Source: Macrostomum lignano (taxonomy: Eukaryota). From it: a stretch of 64,000 nt of DNA. Under the pieces are notes generated by a model. It was given only the letters and a program-made list of their open reading frames with translations, made no database searches and was not told the origin of the DNA. Position 1 is the stretch's first letter; every line of letters begins with the position of its first letter. Location of the stretch: positions 291,201 to 355,200 of the forward strand of contig NIVC01001119.1 in NCBI GenBank assembly GCA_002269645.1, written 5' to 3'. Below are positions 1 through 24,995 of this stretch, piece by piece. The translations under genes were made by a program, and so were the position numbers.

Positions 1-60
1 ACACTGAAGGATAATATTTGGGAAACACGGAAGTAAAGCGGAGGAATGTAAGATACTAAA

Positions 61-310
<250 letters not shown>

Positions 311-1404
311 ATCGAGCTAGATCGTCAATCGAGCTAGCAGACCTTTCGAGTTTCAAGCATCGCCTTCCCGATAATTAATTTTTTTGCAAATCGCCAAAAA
401 ATCCCAACCCTGCATCCTGCGCTGAGGGACTGCGCGGACGCCTAATTCTGGCAAAGCTCTGCTAGAGAAGCCCCTGGCCTCAGAATAACAAACAGCCCCA
501 GAGCTCTGCCGCTCCTATAATGCGGACAGAGCCTGTCTCTGTTGAGACGCATCGCCCCGGGGCTCGTCCTGCTCGGAGGGTGTCTCTGAGCACATCCGAT
601 GCGGGACAAAGATGCTCTCGAATAGCTCAAACAAGAACAGAAGATAATTAAGAGTGAGTAGTCCTCTACTTCAATATCCGTCTTCTTGTCGAGCTTCTGT
701 TGCAAATTTCCCCTGCAGTTGATGAGAACGTTTGACGCCATCCCTGGCATCCCTGCTCTGTCGTTTCTTCTCTTCACTATATGTACGGTGTCTTTGCACC
801 GTTTGAAGTATCGAAAAGTTTTGAAAACATTTCTGGAAAATATATTTTATTATCGATCAAAATCCACTCTGCAACACATGATGCTGAGCCTCTGCATCCG
901 TTGACAACCAATAGGAGTTTAACAAAAAATAGGGGTGGCTAACATATAGGCAAGGAAACTGAAGTCAGACTTTACCCCTAGCAAAAGTTGACCTGAATTC
1001 CTCAAATCTTCGCTGCGAATTTCTACAAGATTTTAACGATAGTCTTGTTAAAGTAAGTCAATTCTGCAATAATGTACAGAGTATTATTGTACTTTTTTAG
1101 ATTCTATTTGTGCTCACGTGACCATAACAATGGTAGATGGTAGATATAGTCATTGTCTCAACATAGTGGCCATTATTTCAGCGTGCCAGAAGCGGTCATT
1201 ATTCCACACTTTTTTATCACGCTTCAATTGGCTGTTTTGAGAGTTATTTTACCCATAGTTTGACCATAGACAACACTGTGATGAGTGCTGATTTCGTTTG
1301 CATCTTGTCTAAAATGTCTTTAGTATCTTTTTTGAATGTATTTCAGAATGCCATGTAGACTGTTTGCGAACATTATTCCCTTATGTCAGTTAATAAATGC
1401 ATAG

Positions 1405-1559
1405 TTAACTAATTGTCTATGGTTCAAACGCCTGCTAAAGCTGAAATAATGGGCAGTTGAGTTTATCATTGTCCAGAAGACACAGCCTGGTGTAATGACA
1501 AACTCAACTGGCCATTAGTTCAGCTTTAACAGACGTCTGAACCATAGACGATTAGTTAA
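1405..1559. repeat. 66-bp inverted repeat with 23-nt loop, core of a larger foldback (about 1120-1850)
   Basis: Arms 1405-1470 and 1494-1559, about 90% complementary; outer IR GGCCATTATTTCAGCGTGCC(A/G)GAAGCGGTCATT at about 1169-1200 vs 1693-1725. Confidence 0.8.
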
Positions 1560-2644
1560 AGTATTCATATATTAACTTATATCAGCTTATTCATTTATAG
1601 TCTATGGCCCAACAGCTTTTTTATTTATAGTCTATGGCCCAACCACCGCCCTCTTTACGCAGTCGCACGCACGCAGACTCTTACCCTGAAATAATGACCG
1701 CTTCCGGCACGCTGAAATAATGGCCAGGCTGTGTCTTATAGACAATGACGTTGCGTGCGCACTCGTGTTTGGCCATTATTTCAGCCCCTTACCTACTACG
1801 CAATCTACCATTGCGCCAGGCTGTGTCTTATGGACAATAAATAGTAGAACTATCTCTATATTCTACAGAAATGATCTCAGTTGGAGCTGAAAATCTCATA
1901 TTACCCAGGACAGGCTTGTAAAAGGCTTCAAGAATGATTTTGATTTTACTGCCTATACGCTGTTTGAAATCTCATTTCCTGCCGGGGGTCAGGAGACAGC
2001 GATATTAGCTAGTATAAGCTGCTGGCATTTTCAGAAGGCAAAGAAATTTCAATGGGTCTCAATTTCCGCACAGCCGCGCATTCAACTGTCGAGGTTGGCG
2101 AGAGATTATAAAAAGTAGGGCAAAGACGGGACCTAGGCTATGCTTTTGAGCATCTGATGAGGAGATCAGAAGGGAGTTAGGTAGGAGTAGGATAAGGGAG
2201 ATTTGAGACTCAAGTCTCTCAAGATTGCGATTTAATCCGCATAATTTTCGTGTTAATTCGAAACCAAACCGAATCTCGTTGCAATTTTAGACTTGCTTTA
2301 ATTTTATAACGAATTTCAGCGTATTAATAAATATCAGATTTCCAAGATTTTATCAGAAATTGCAACAATGCCATCCTAATCACTGATCATTCATTTAATT
2401 TGGAACCATCGTGAGGATGGATGCTGTTATGAAATTTCAAATACTGACCCGCATTTGTTTAAATTGTATTGAATTATTCTCATTGGGAGATTGCTTCGCG
2501 ATGTTTTAGTTTGACGAGCTAAATCGCAAAAGTACGCTGCTGGTCTGTGTAAAAAGCTGAGTCGCTTTTTGAGGAGATTTTCTAATCAGTTTTATCTCCA
2601 CTGGCTGATGCTCTCGAAATACAAGCGTAATAGTTTTAAGATTC

Positions 2645-3275
2645 ATAGAAAACTGTTCGAGCTTATTCCACGATTCCTTGAAAAAACTGTTCACGGTTAT
2701 TTCACGATTCTTAGAAAGCTTTCTTGCGCTTATTCCACCATTCTTAGAAAGCTGTTCGCACTTATTCCACGATTCTTAGAAAACTGTTCACGGTTATTTC
2801 ACGATTCTTAGAAAACTGTTCACGGTTATTTCACGATTCTTAGAAAACTGTTCACGGTTATTTCACGATTCATGGAAAGCTGTTTAACGCTTATTCCACG
2901 ATTCTTAGAAAGCTTTCTTGCGCTTATTCCACCATTCTTAGAAAGCTGTTCGCACTTATTCCACGATTCTTAGAAAACTGTTCACGGTTATTCCACGATT
3001 CTTAGAAAGCTTTCTTGCGCTTATTCCACGATTCTTAGAAAACTGTTCATGCTCATTTCACGATTCTTAGAAAACTGTTCATGCTTATTTCACGATTCTT
3101 AGAAAACTTTCATGCTTATTTCACGATTCTTAGAAAACTTTCATGCTTATTCCACGGTTCTTAGAAAACTGTGCGCAGTTATTCTACAATTCTTAGAAAG
3201 CTGTCTAGCGCTTATTCCATGTTTCTTAGAAAAATGTTCGCGCTTAATGGTTGATTCTTAGAAAACTATTCGCAT
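2645..3275. repeat. 32-bp minisatellite TTATTTCACGATTCTTAGAAAACTGTTCACGG
   Basis: About 19 tandem copies. Confidence 0.92.
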
Positions 3276-4691
3276 GCTGTTCAACGATAACTGGTTGGTT
3301 CATCACGCGCTTAGTGAGCTTTTCTAACATTATATTTTTAGTGGTATTTCATCATTCTGAGCTGGACACGACTCACCTTTCTCTTCCCGTAATAGTCCCT
3401 TAATAGAGCTTGGCAATATATTATGACTCAGCATTTCCTATTGGCTATGAAAGATGAGAACTATGAAGAAAGATGGCAAATATCCTTAACTATGAATTCA
3501 TATTTACGCATTTTTAAAGATATTCTAAGAAATAGGCCTCTTAAAGACTTCTGAAGTCACGCTTTGTTATAACAAAATATTTGGCGAGAAGTTGACTATC
3601 AAATAAGCTTAACATACTGAAAGAAATTCGAGTTAGCACGCAATTTTCTCATTGAAGATTATCAGCTTAGTATTAATACTTTAATGCTTTGAGCACAGTC
3701 GTTTTCTTTGGCCTCAGAACTTTTTTCTTTTCCTTATCGTTTTGTCTCTGCATCTCTCTGTCCATCGTGTTTCTGGACCAAAGTTGATTATAATCTCTCT
3801 GCCTTTCCACTCGCGGCTTAAATAAATCTGTTTCTTTTAGCTTCTTAAAAGATGGCCTGCTTGTCTGTCGATTCTTGGAATAGTGGGATTTAGGAGCGGA
3901 GAGTGTACATGTGTGAGCGTGGTTGAGAGAGAGGTTGCTGCTTGCATCCCTTTTTGTGCTGATGTCTATGGCCCAATTTTCCACTTGCTTGCCTTTTTCC
4001 CGTCCATATCTATGTCTATGGGCAAGACCAAATCTACTGCTACCAAATTGGATTTCCCAACTTGGTTGGCTAAGCTCGCTACGAGCTAAGCCTTTCGAAG
4101 ACACCTGTCCATCTTTGCCGCACAGTATGCAAAAGAAAAAAGATGTTTTTCTTTTCGCAAGATTTTTTTTGTGTTTTCGTTTCATGTCCCCATCCTTGCC
4201 TCGCCTTCCCCCGGCTCTGATCCCGGATCCCATGCAGATGTTTTTGCTTGACCAGTCTAAGCTAAGCGTCTGCCAATGAATAGAACAGATTCTACTGGAC
4301 CAAATAGATCTGTCTAATAACGTATGTTAGCTAGACATTCACGCTGGGTTGAAATGGAGTGCGCGCGCCTTTGAGACATCTTAACACCTTGCTGGGCTTT
4401 CATCATCAAAAGAAGAAAAGCTTTGTTATAATAATGAGCTTGTCCGCTTGCACACTCTCAGGTTGGGATGACGCGAATATGCGCATGGCTGAGCAGGGTA
4501 TGAGAAGAAAATAGATATAATAAGAAATACGCCTGATTTTCTACAAGGTGCATCCGATTGCTGTTTGTGTGCGAGCTGGCACAGTGCTGAAACATGTCAC
4601 CCTTTGTATTGCTACAGCAGCTATACCCTATCACAGGGAGCCAATTTATATGTGCACTAACCACTTCCAACTCAGCTTAACTTGCAGACCT

Positions 4692-5010
4692 AACTTAACC
4701 AAAACCCTAACCTAAATCCACTTCTAACCTAAATCTTAATCCCAACCTAAATACTAACCCCAACCTAAATACTAACCCTAACCTAAATCCTAACACTAAC
4801 CTAAATCATAACCCTAACCTAAATCCTAACCCATAACCTAAATCCTAACGCTAACCTAAATACTAACCCTAACCTAAATCCTAACACTAACCTAAATCCT
4901 AACCCTAACCTAAATCCTAACACCAACCTAAGTCCTAACCCTAACCTGAACACTAACACCAATCTAAACACTAACACCAACCTAAATCATAACCCTAAGC
5001 TAAATCCTAA
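4692..5010. repeat. Telomere-like 18-bp repeat AACCCTAACCTAAATCCT
   Basis: Degenerate CCCTAA-containing units, about 17 copies. Confidence 0.85.
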
Positions 5011-5610
5011 ACGTTATAAGCGTAGAAGTAAAGTAAAAGATTTTATAATAAAATACTTAATCTATAAGCATATTTACTAAGCAGTTTACAGTAACATGGC
5101 TTTTCACGAAGTTTCTGCACAGTCCACCCCGCGTTTTAAAATCGAATTTTAACACACACACTACACAGCGCCCTATGCACGATCAATCACAACGCCAGGA
5201 GCCATGCTTCGCTAGCTTACGTATGTAACGTACGATACTATATATATAAGGCCTATCCCTATGCGGACATGTCAAACCGTGACCCGTGGATTTGTTTGCA
5301 GACTATAGGCTGAAAAGCACTGATTCTCTTGTGTGTCCGTGTTTATCACTGTCATTTCCCACTCTCCCTGTATATAACCCAGCCTCTCTCTCTCTCTGGC
5401 TCTTTCACTCGGGCACTCGCTCACACACCACACAATGCTAATCCCGTCCATTCACCCAGCTTTACAGGCACCACCAGCTGGAGTGTTTATAAAGCATAGC
5501 TAGATGTATTGGAGAGGCCCATTGGAGCGCGGAACTCGTGTTTATACACTGATCCTATTTTTGGCCTTCTCCAATAGGGTATCGACACTTTGCTAAAATA
5601 TTTTTTTCAA

Positions 5611-7210
5611 GTGGGAGTAGCAATCTACACCTATTGAGGGAATAGCTATCTTCGGTGGGAGTAGCAATCTACACCTATTGAGGGAGTAGCTATCTTCGGT
5701 GGGAGTAGCAATCTACACCTATTGAGGGAATAGCTATCTTCGGTGGGAGTAGCAATCTACACCTATTGAGGGAGTAGCTATCTTCGGTGGGAGTAGCAAT
5801 CTACACCTATTGAGGGAGTAGCTATCTTCGGTGGGAGTAGCAATCTATTGAGGGAGTAGCTATCTCCGGTGGGAGTAGCAATCTACACCTATTGAGGGAG
5901 TAGCTATCTTCGGTGGGAGTAGCAAGCTACACCTATTGAGGGAGTAGCTATCTTCGGTGGGAGTAGCAATCTACCCCTATTGAGGGAGTAGCTATCTTCG
6001 GTGGGAGTAGCAATCTACACCTATTGAGGGAGTAGCTATCTTCGGTGGGAGTAGCTGTCTACACCTATTGAGGGAGTAGCTATCTTCGGTGGGAGTAGCA
6101 ATCTACACCTATTGAGGGAGTAGCTATCTTCGGTGGGAGTAGCTGTCTACACCTATTGAGGGAGTAGCTATCTTCGGTGGGAGTAGCAATCTACACCTAT
6201 TGAGGGAGTAGCTATCTTCGGTGGGAGTAGCAAGCTACACCTATTGAGGGAGTAGCTATCTTCGGTGGGAGTAGCAATCTACCCCTATTGAGGGAGTAGC
6301 TATCTTCGGTGGGAGTAGCAATCTACACCTATTGAGGGAGTAGCTATCTTCGGTGGGAGTAGCAATCTATTGAGGGAGTAGCTATCTCCGGTGGGAGTAG
6401 CAATCTACACCTATTGAGGGAGTAGCTATCTTCGGTGGGAGTAGCAAGCTACACCTATTGAGGGAGTAGCTATCTTCGGTGGGAGTAGCAATCTACCCCT
6501 ATTGAGGGAGTAGCTATCTTCGGTGGGAGTAGCAATCTACACCTATTGAGGGAGTAGCTATCTTCGGTGGGAGTAGCAATCTATTGAGGGAGTAGCTATC
6601 TCCGGTGGGAGTAGCAATCTACACCTATTGAGGGAGTAGCTATCTTCGGTGGGAGTAGCAATCTACCCCTATTGAGGGAGTAGCTATCTTCGGTGGGAGT
6701 AGCAATCTACACCTATTGAGGGAGTAGCTATCTTCGGTGGGAGTAGCTGTCTACACCTATTGAGGGAGTAGCTATCTTCGGTGGGAGTAGCAATCTACAC
6801 CTATTGAGGGAGTAGCTATCTTCGGTGGGAGTAGCAAGCTACACCTATTGAGGGAGTAGCTATCTTCGGTGGGAGTAGCAATCTACCCCTATTGAGGGAG
6901 TAGCTATCTTCGGTGGGAGTAGCAATCTACACCTATTGAGGGAGTAGCTATCTTCGGTGGGAGTAGCAATCTATTGAGGGAGTAGCTATCTCCGGTGGGA
7001 GTAGCAATCTACACCTATTGAGGGAGTAGCTATCTTCGGTGGGAGTAGCTGTCTACCCCTATTGAGGGAGTAGCTATAGCTATCTTCGGTGGGAGTAGCT
7101 GTCTACCCCTATTGAGGGAGTAGCTATAGCTATCTTCGGTGGGAGTAGCTGTCTACCCCTATTGAGGGAGTAGCTATAGCTATCTTCGATGGGAGTAGCT
7201 TTCTACCCCT
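5611..7210. repeat. 44-bp minisatellite GTGGGAGTAGCAATCTACACCTATTGAGGGAGTAGCTATCTTCG
   Basis: About 36 copies with recurring variant units; each unit is two GGGAGTAGC half-repeats. Confidence 0.97.
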
Positions 7211-7930
7211 ATTTTTCCTTTCTTCATTCTAACTCAGTGCTTTCTTTCCGCCCACTATCAGATATTATAAATCTTATCAGTGAACTTTGTACAAAATGTT
7301 CCTAATGCATTAATTCCTTTTACTTATTTTTCCTGCAACAGAACGCGCGCCCCATCGCCTCAGACCATGTAAGGGTCTGACTGCGCCTGGCGCCTTTCAT
7401 CAGCCAGCCGGCAGATGGGTTAGGTGATAGCTAGTACACCGAGAAAAACTCGGGCTTCATTGGGAGGAAGTATAGACACCGGAACTTGCAGAAAAAGTCG
7501 GTCACTTTTAAATAACTTTTCAATTTTTCTCTCGGTTCGGTTTGCAGCCACTGAAGGCCGGCTCTTGGATGATATGGCTTGGTTTAGGGAAAATTTCCCA
7601 TGTAACGAAGTTCATTCCACTGCATTTTGCAAGGGTATTCCAGACTGTAAGACATTGGCTTGGATTTTCTGCCCCCCCCCCCCTATCTATCTTTCCTAGC
7701 GGCGCAGCTGTCTGTGTCCATCTTGGCCTGCAACTCTCTGCTTTTGCACGGGCAACGTGAGCTACAGGCCGGCACAGAGTTTCAGAGGCTTGAAATACAA
7801 ATAGACAATCCGATCCGTGAAGAAAATGGAAAATACAGAAAGCAGATGACATGAAAAATGTTTTGGGAATTCTCTCTCTTCATATAATCCATAGTGTGCA
7901 CTACACAGGACAGCTGGAGACAAACTGAAG

Positions 7931-8020
7931 GACAGACAGAGAGGACACATACAGACAAACAGGACAGACAGAGAGGACACATACAGACAAACAGGACAGA
8001 CAGAGAGGACACATACAGAC
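7931..8020. repeat. 32-bp x3 GACAGACAGAGAGGACACATACAGACAAACAG
   Basis: Three tandem copies. Confidence 0.85.
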
Positions 8021-8744
8021 AAACTGAAGTAGTTTCTTGGATTGCTTTAATGTTCAGTGATTGCCGACATAAACCCGATACAACAAAGTGATTTACGATT
8101 TACCTGGTGCAGAAAAAGACGCGGTTTCGCAGCAGGTGCGGTGTAAACCAACAAACACGTTTTGGTTTCAGATCGCTGGCCTATTCCTATAGTGATTAGG
8201 TGGCGCACAAACTGGCATTCCCATTAATCTTGTCGTATTATAAATGGAAATGTACCGTAAAACTTTTGGTGTAGTACAGGGTTCGACCTAGAAAATTGTT
8301 TTTCTATCTAGTCAGTCAGCCCCGCAGAAGTGCAAGGTGCAAGGTTTTACACACCTTCAGAATTCCTCGTGAAGCAAATTGCAACCCTGCATAGCAGCAG
8401 TCATGCGCTTAGGCCAAAAATTGCAACTATTAGCTTATTCCTTAATTGTAGTAGTCATATATTACAACCCTCGTCATAAATATCCCCATTGCAGTCGTAA
8501 TTCTCCCACCCAACTAACCTCCAGTGCTATTCCTCTTTTTCTCGTCACTTCCTGAGAGACTGCATCTGGGGAACCGTGGGGCGGGCTGGTCAGGAAGGGG
8601 TTGGCGGACTCTGGCCAAGCAGGCATTGTGAGAACTGAAAGACGGTTACTAACCACCTCTTTCAGCACACCTTGATCAGTTCTCCACTGAGAAAGGGAAA
8701 GGGGGAGGGGATTCGGTTTTGGGAGCGGGTTGCGTTGCTTTCAG

Positions 8745-8749
8745 ATTGG

Positions 8750-8790
<41 letters not shown>
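8745..8790 (+). promoter_or_regulatory. Inverted CCAAT plus (CT)n/GAGA tract upstream of PCBP
   Basis: ATTGG at about 8745-8749 followed by about 20 CT units (8752-8790), 300 nt upstream of ATG 9085. Confidence 0.35.
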
Positions 8791-8793
<3 letters not shown>

Positions 8794-9084
8794 GAAGCGC
8801 AGAAGACGGGAAAGAGAAAGAGAGGTAGAAAGAGGGCAAAGCAGAGATTCGCACACTACAAGCAATATTATTCCCTCCTTCCCTCCTTCTTTCGCACCCC
8901 AAATTTTTTTTATTTCTCTGTTAAAGAAAAAAAGAAAAATTCTGCAACAAGCCTCGAAATTTCCCAATTTAAAGCAACAGACGGCAGCGTCAGTTCGAAG
9001 ACAGCAACAGTCAAGTTTGACCTCTAAGAAAGAATTTCAATTCCATAAAAGGAGAAATACTCAACAGTCGCGCTGGCTCAGCTG

Positions 9085-20512
<11,428 letters not shown>

Positions 20513-23302
20513 CGCAGTAGCTCATCGTGCAACAGTATCGGGTATAACTAACGGCTTATCTATTCGATGATACAATTAAGGCTGATCGGATGCTTAAAAC
20601 AATGTAAGTATTATTTTGTTAGTCATTCGTCTTTCGAATGCGGAGTGAGTTGGTCGCGACAGTCGGCCAGGCAGCCAACGAGAATGTGCAGAGATCTGCC
20701 CAATCCGTTGTGTTTAGGAGATGGCTTACATGTACTTTCATTCAACTACGCGTACTTTTCATGCGTGAACAAGCCTTAAATTATAATGTAGACATGCACA
20801 CGTTAATTTGGTGCTGCAATGGGAGCATGAAAATCAGCTAGGAGTTATCGTGTACGATTGACACACACGAGTGCCAACCTCCAAGGCACAGAAGTGCACA
20901 CGCCTGACTATTAGAAAGTCAAGACCGCTCAGGAATCAGCGGAATGGCAGAATTGGCTCAGCGCTGAGCTTGTGGGACCGATGTCGCCGAAAGCCATGGT
21001 GCCCACAGGCCTCCTGCGACTATTATTATTTATTATAATTGTTTTATACCACAAAAACGCGAAATTTACCACTTGAAAAATTGCAGCCTACCATCGTCGA
21101 AGCAATTATCAATCATTAGCCAGAGAACAACAACATGACAGATTATCTGAAAAGTTGAGCTGTTTTTCTTGCGGAACGGTCCGCGTGCGGTGGAACTGCG
21201 CGGCACCCCAATAAGTGTAGCTTACCAAATTACTGTCACAATATTTGTAAATAACTTCACTAAAAATTGTATGAGTCTCGTAAAGCAGGTCCTCTCTTCG
21301 TAAACCGCAAAAAGAATTGCTATACTAAACGTTTTTTTCAGGTGATAGTGAAGTGAACAAAGTGAACATGTATTCATGTTCACTTTGTTGTTGTTTACTT
21401 TTCAATTGCATGTTTTACACCGTATCAATAACCTATAAGTTACGACAAATCATATTTTACAGATTTAGATAAAACATATTAATTTAACTCTGTGCTAAAA
21501 TTAATAATTAGGCTTCACTACATAATTTCATGGAAATTTTCACGCGTTTTACTGTATTGCGATCTGCTGAGTGCTTGCACTTTATTATAACCTAGGGAGC
21601 TGGAAAACAGCTCAACTCTTTGAGCAGAGTTACTCATAGCTAACCAAAATTTTCAATGCAGTTCCTTAAAAATTAAAAAGAAAAAAGGCTATTCTATTTT
21701 TAAACTGTGTACTTTTGATTTTTGTTATTCTTTATTGTTTTGCTCACTAACTAAAGTACTTAACAGCTTTTTGTTTAACCTGATTTGTTAAAGCTTTATG
21801 AACTACTAAAAAATTCTTTAACGCGTCACTTACAGCTGCCTGTACAGAGTACTTTTTTGTTTGAATGCGTGCGAATTCGTTTCGCTGATTTTGATGCATA
21901 TGTAGTCTACTTTGAACAAAGACTGTTCTAGCTGTTGTCTTTTGCCGAGTTTCATTTTGAAACAAAATCATTTTGCTGACTTTGTACTTTTACGATTAGT
22001 TGCTGTACTTTTTCTTTTTGCTGAACGTTTATTGATCGGCCCTCAATTGTTTTTTTGCTAAAAATGTACCAAAGATATCGTATATGAGTACTTCTTGTAA
22101 AATTGCTGCAATTCGATGTATTAACTGCGTCAAAAAATAATTTAAGGAATGTTTTCATCAGAAGGCCCAAGTAGAGAATACTGTATCTTCCGCAAGTTTT
22201 TTGTTACAAACAATCAACTGCTGACTGCAGAATTGCTTCACTTTAGACTGCATGCGTTAATAAATCTTAATTAATTATGCTTCATTACTACTCCTGGTAA
22301 TAAAACTGAAGTTTCTAAAGATATTTTTGCTTGAAGTTTTTCTTCGGCTTTGGTTCACCAATAACAATTTGCTCCACACATAAGGCGTTCATTTGATGGA
22401 GCATAATATTTTATTATAGAAATTATAGACTTTTACAGCCGCTTTGATTTTGTCTATATTGCTATACGAGCTATGCTTGTTTAAGTAAAGAAAAAATAAT
22501 ATAACCCATTTCATTTTTTCGTGTCTGCAGTAAAACAAAATGCACGCAATTTTTCAAGGTCCCAATAATGACAGCACACTGCGCGAGCTACTTTGTGGGG
22601 CTATGGGCATTTGGATAAAGCTTTTGCATTAAACGACTTTCAAAATTGTACTCATTTATAGCCCAAATAATTGATGACGTGTTTTATCATATTGTTTTTG
22701 TGTTATTGACTTTTATCGGTAATCAGGATATCGTGTATTATATTTAGTGCATATCTCTCTTGTATTGTGCTTGTAAGTGACAATGGCAGTGTAGCTAAAC
22801 TGGGATAATCCGTGTTTGTTGGTTTGTTTGATTATATTTTTGTAGCCAATTTTCTGGACCAATATTTATGGCGTGCTCAGTCTGTGTTCTTTTTTTCAAT
22901 TGAGTCGCTTCATGTTATGCTATGTGGAAAAATTTTAATTTTTTTGATCGCTTCATTTTCTGCTCGTTTTTTGCCTGTGCTCAGCTGTTAAGCTATACCA
23001 ATTTGTTTCAAACTTTTTTCAAAGAATACTCGGTAAAAATAAAATCAGCGTATTCTGTTTTGATGGTAGAGTAAAGAAAATTGCTTCCGTACTAAAAGCT
23101 AAATTCTGTTAAATTAAGAATAATATTTATTGAAATTTAAGTGATGCTAACAGAATTCTACCGTTGCCTTTCCTAATTTTACAATGTTTATACGCGCAGC
23201 ATGTACAGCAGCTAAACTTTGCATTATATCTACGACAACTTCGACAAGCTCAATTGTATTTAAGTAAAGGATAAGGTATCGACTTATTACATGAACATTT
23301 AC

Positions 23303-23589
23303 GGGGGTTGTAGCCTGGTGGTCAGAGCGTCGAACTCACACGACTGCTGAAAGGTCAGGGGTTCGATTCTGGATCCACTTGGAACAATTTGTGTCCTTGA
23401 CCAAGACAATTCACTCTGCATTGCTTCAGTTTACCCAGCTGTAAAATGGGTGCCAGCATTAGCTGGGGTAATTGAGGGTTGTACGTGTGTGGCGACCCCC
23501 CTCCCCCAAGTCCTTGGACTGAACAGCCGTAGGCAGCCTCCAGATGCGCCGCGCAATAGCTGCGGCAGTAATCAATGATTATTATTATT
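23303..23589 (+). mobile_element. tRNA-derived CORE-type SINE
   Basis: A box TAGCCTGGTGG, B box GGTTCGATTCT (about 23360-23370), MIR/CORE-like TGTGTCCTTGACCAAGACAATTCACTCTGCATTGCTTCAGTTTACCCAGCTGTAAAATGGG, and an (ATT)n tail ending about 23589. Confidence 0.78.
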
Positions 23590-24995
23590 GTTTAGTCAAA
23601 AAGCTAAGACCTGCAGCAGCACAAACAAGAAATGGGCATTGGTATAAGCCCATTGGTTTTTGAGCTTAACTTTTCGGTCACATCGATCATTTGTTGCTTG
23701 GGCAAGAAAATTTCCTGTGGAGTCATGCCATATACATTCATGACAGCCAACCGTAAAGGCAAAAAGTGCACATGCCTGACGATTAGTCAGGGCCGCTGCA
23801 CAAACCCTGTGTGAGCGTGTGCACCAGTGCGTGCCTGCGTACCGGTAAGATACTGGGCACAAGATCGGCTACGAGCGAGTCACCAATACGGCACTCCATC
23901 ACCGCACCGGCCTGTCCCGTCCCAGCCAACTGTTGCGCCGTCGGCGACTCCAGCTAGCAGGCCATTTCATCCGAGCCGAGTCGTATACTGCCCACAGCCG
24001 GTGCAGGAGGTGCTGCTGCTGACGCTGCAGGCACCCTACCGGCGGGGGCAGGCGCGCACTGCCTGCTGGCTGATGCCGGCGGCCCGGACACTGCCGGCGG
24101 CGCGGCCTACGTTCGCGCCAAGGCCTTGAAACGCGCCTTGTGACATTGTCTGCTGACTGACTGACAACGTCTTTTGTTGTTGTTGTTTTTGTTGTTGTTG
24201 TTGTTGTTGTTGTTGTTTTTGTTGTTGTTGTACCGGTAAATTGGCACGCTTGTATGCACTCAGGAGGCGATGTCGATGACAAATTGAGTTACTTTTGAGT
24301 CAACGTAAACAGACGCTAGTAAATGACATTTAAAAAAAAACAAATTATCTGCGAAGTACAGCTGCATGTAAAAAAGCTTTTATTCGTCGGCATTCGTCAG
24401 GCGTAATTTTCAAGTACGTCTTTATCGTCGAAATTGTACTCAAGGTAAGTTTGTTTATTTCCAAACTTTGATTCTACGAGCGTAAATGTAGGTCTCCTTG
24501 ATACTCGTCAGCAACATAAAAAATTCGCCATCACAGAAGATTCCGTCTGTCGTCGCCATTTTTAAGAGTGCAGGTAAAGTCTCTCTCAATCTTTGCGAGT
24601 GACGCAACTCAGCTACGCCGCGCTGCAGACTTGAGTTGAGGAATGAAATTGGGGGAGCGGTGTGCGAGGATTGGACGGATTAAAGCTACCCCGACCAGTT
24701 TTCTTGCATCTTTTATTTCAGAAGGGACACATGATTAAGCGCGCATGACATAAACTGCGATATTGAGTTCTACCACCGGGACCTGTCACGACTGATTAAG
24801 GCACCCTAATCTGTGGGTTTTACCTGGACAGCCTCATGAAAGCGATTAAAACGCACGGGCAAGACTGCCAAAGGATGAGGGGGGGCGAAAAGTTCGGCGA
24901 TTAAAACACAAGTCGCTGCTGCAGTCGAAGAGACTGTTCACTGTTGTCACACGTTACCAAGAAGGTGGTGGACACCGTTCGCCCGGCCTCAGAGC

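Noticed and set aside
4692-5010. True telomere
   Set aside because: Interstitial, degenerate 18-bp units rather than pure (TTAGGG)n.
5611-7210. CRISPR-like regular array
   Set aside because: No unique spacers, no cas genes, eukaryotic context; the same applies to all other arrays here.
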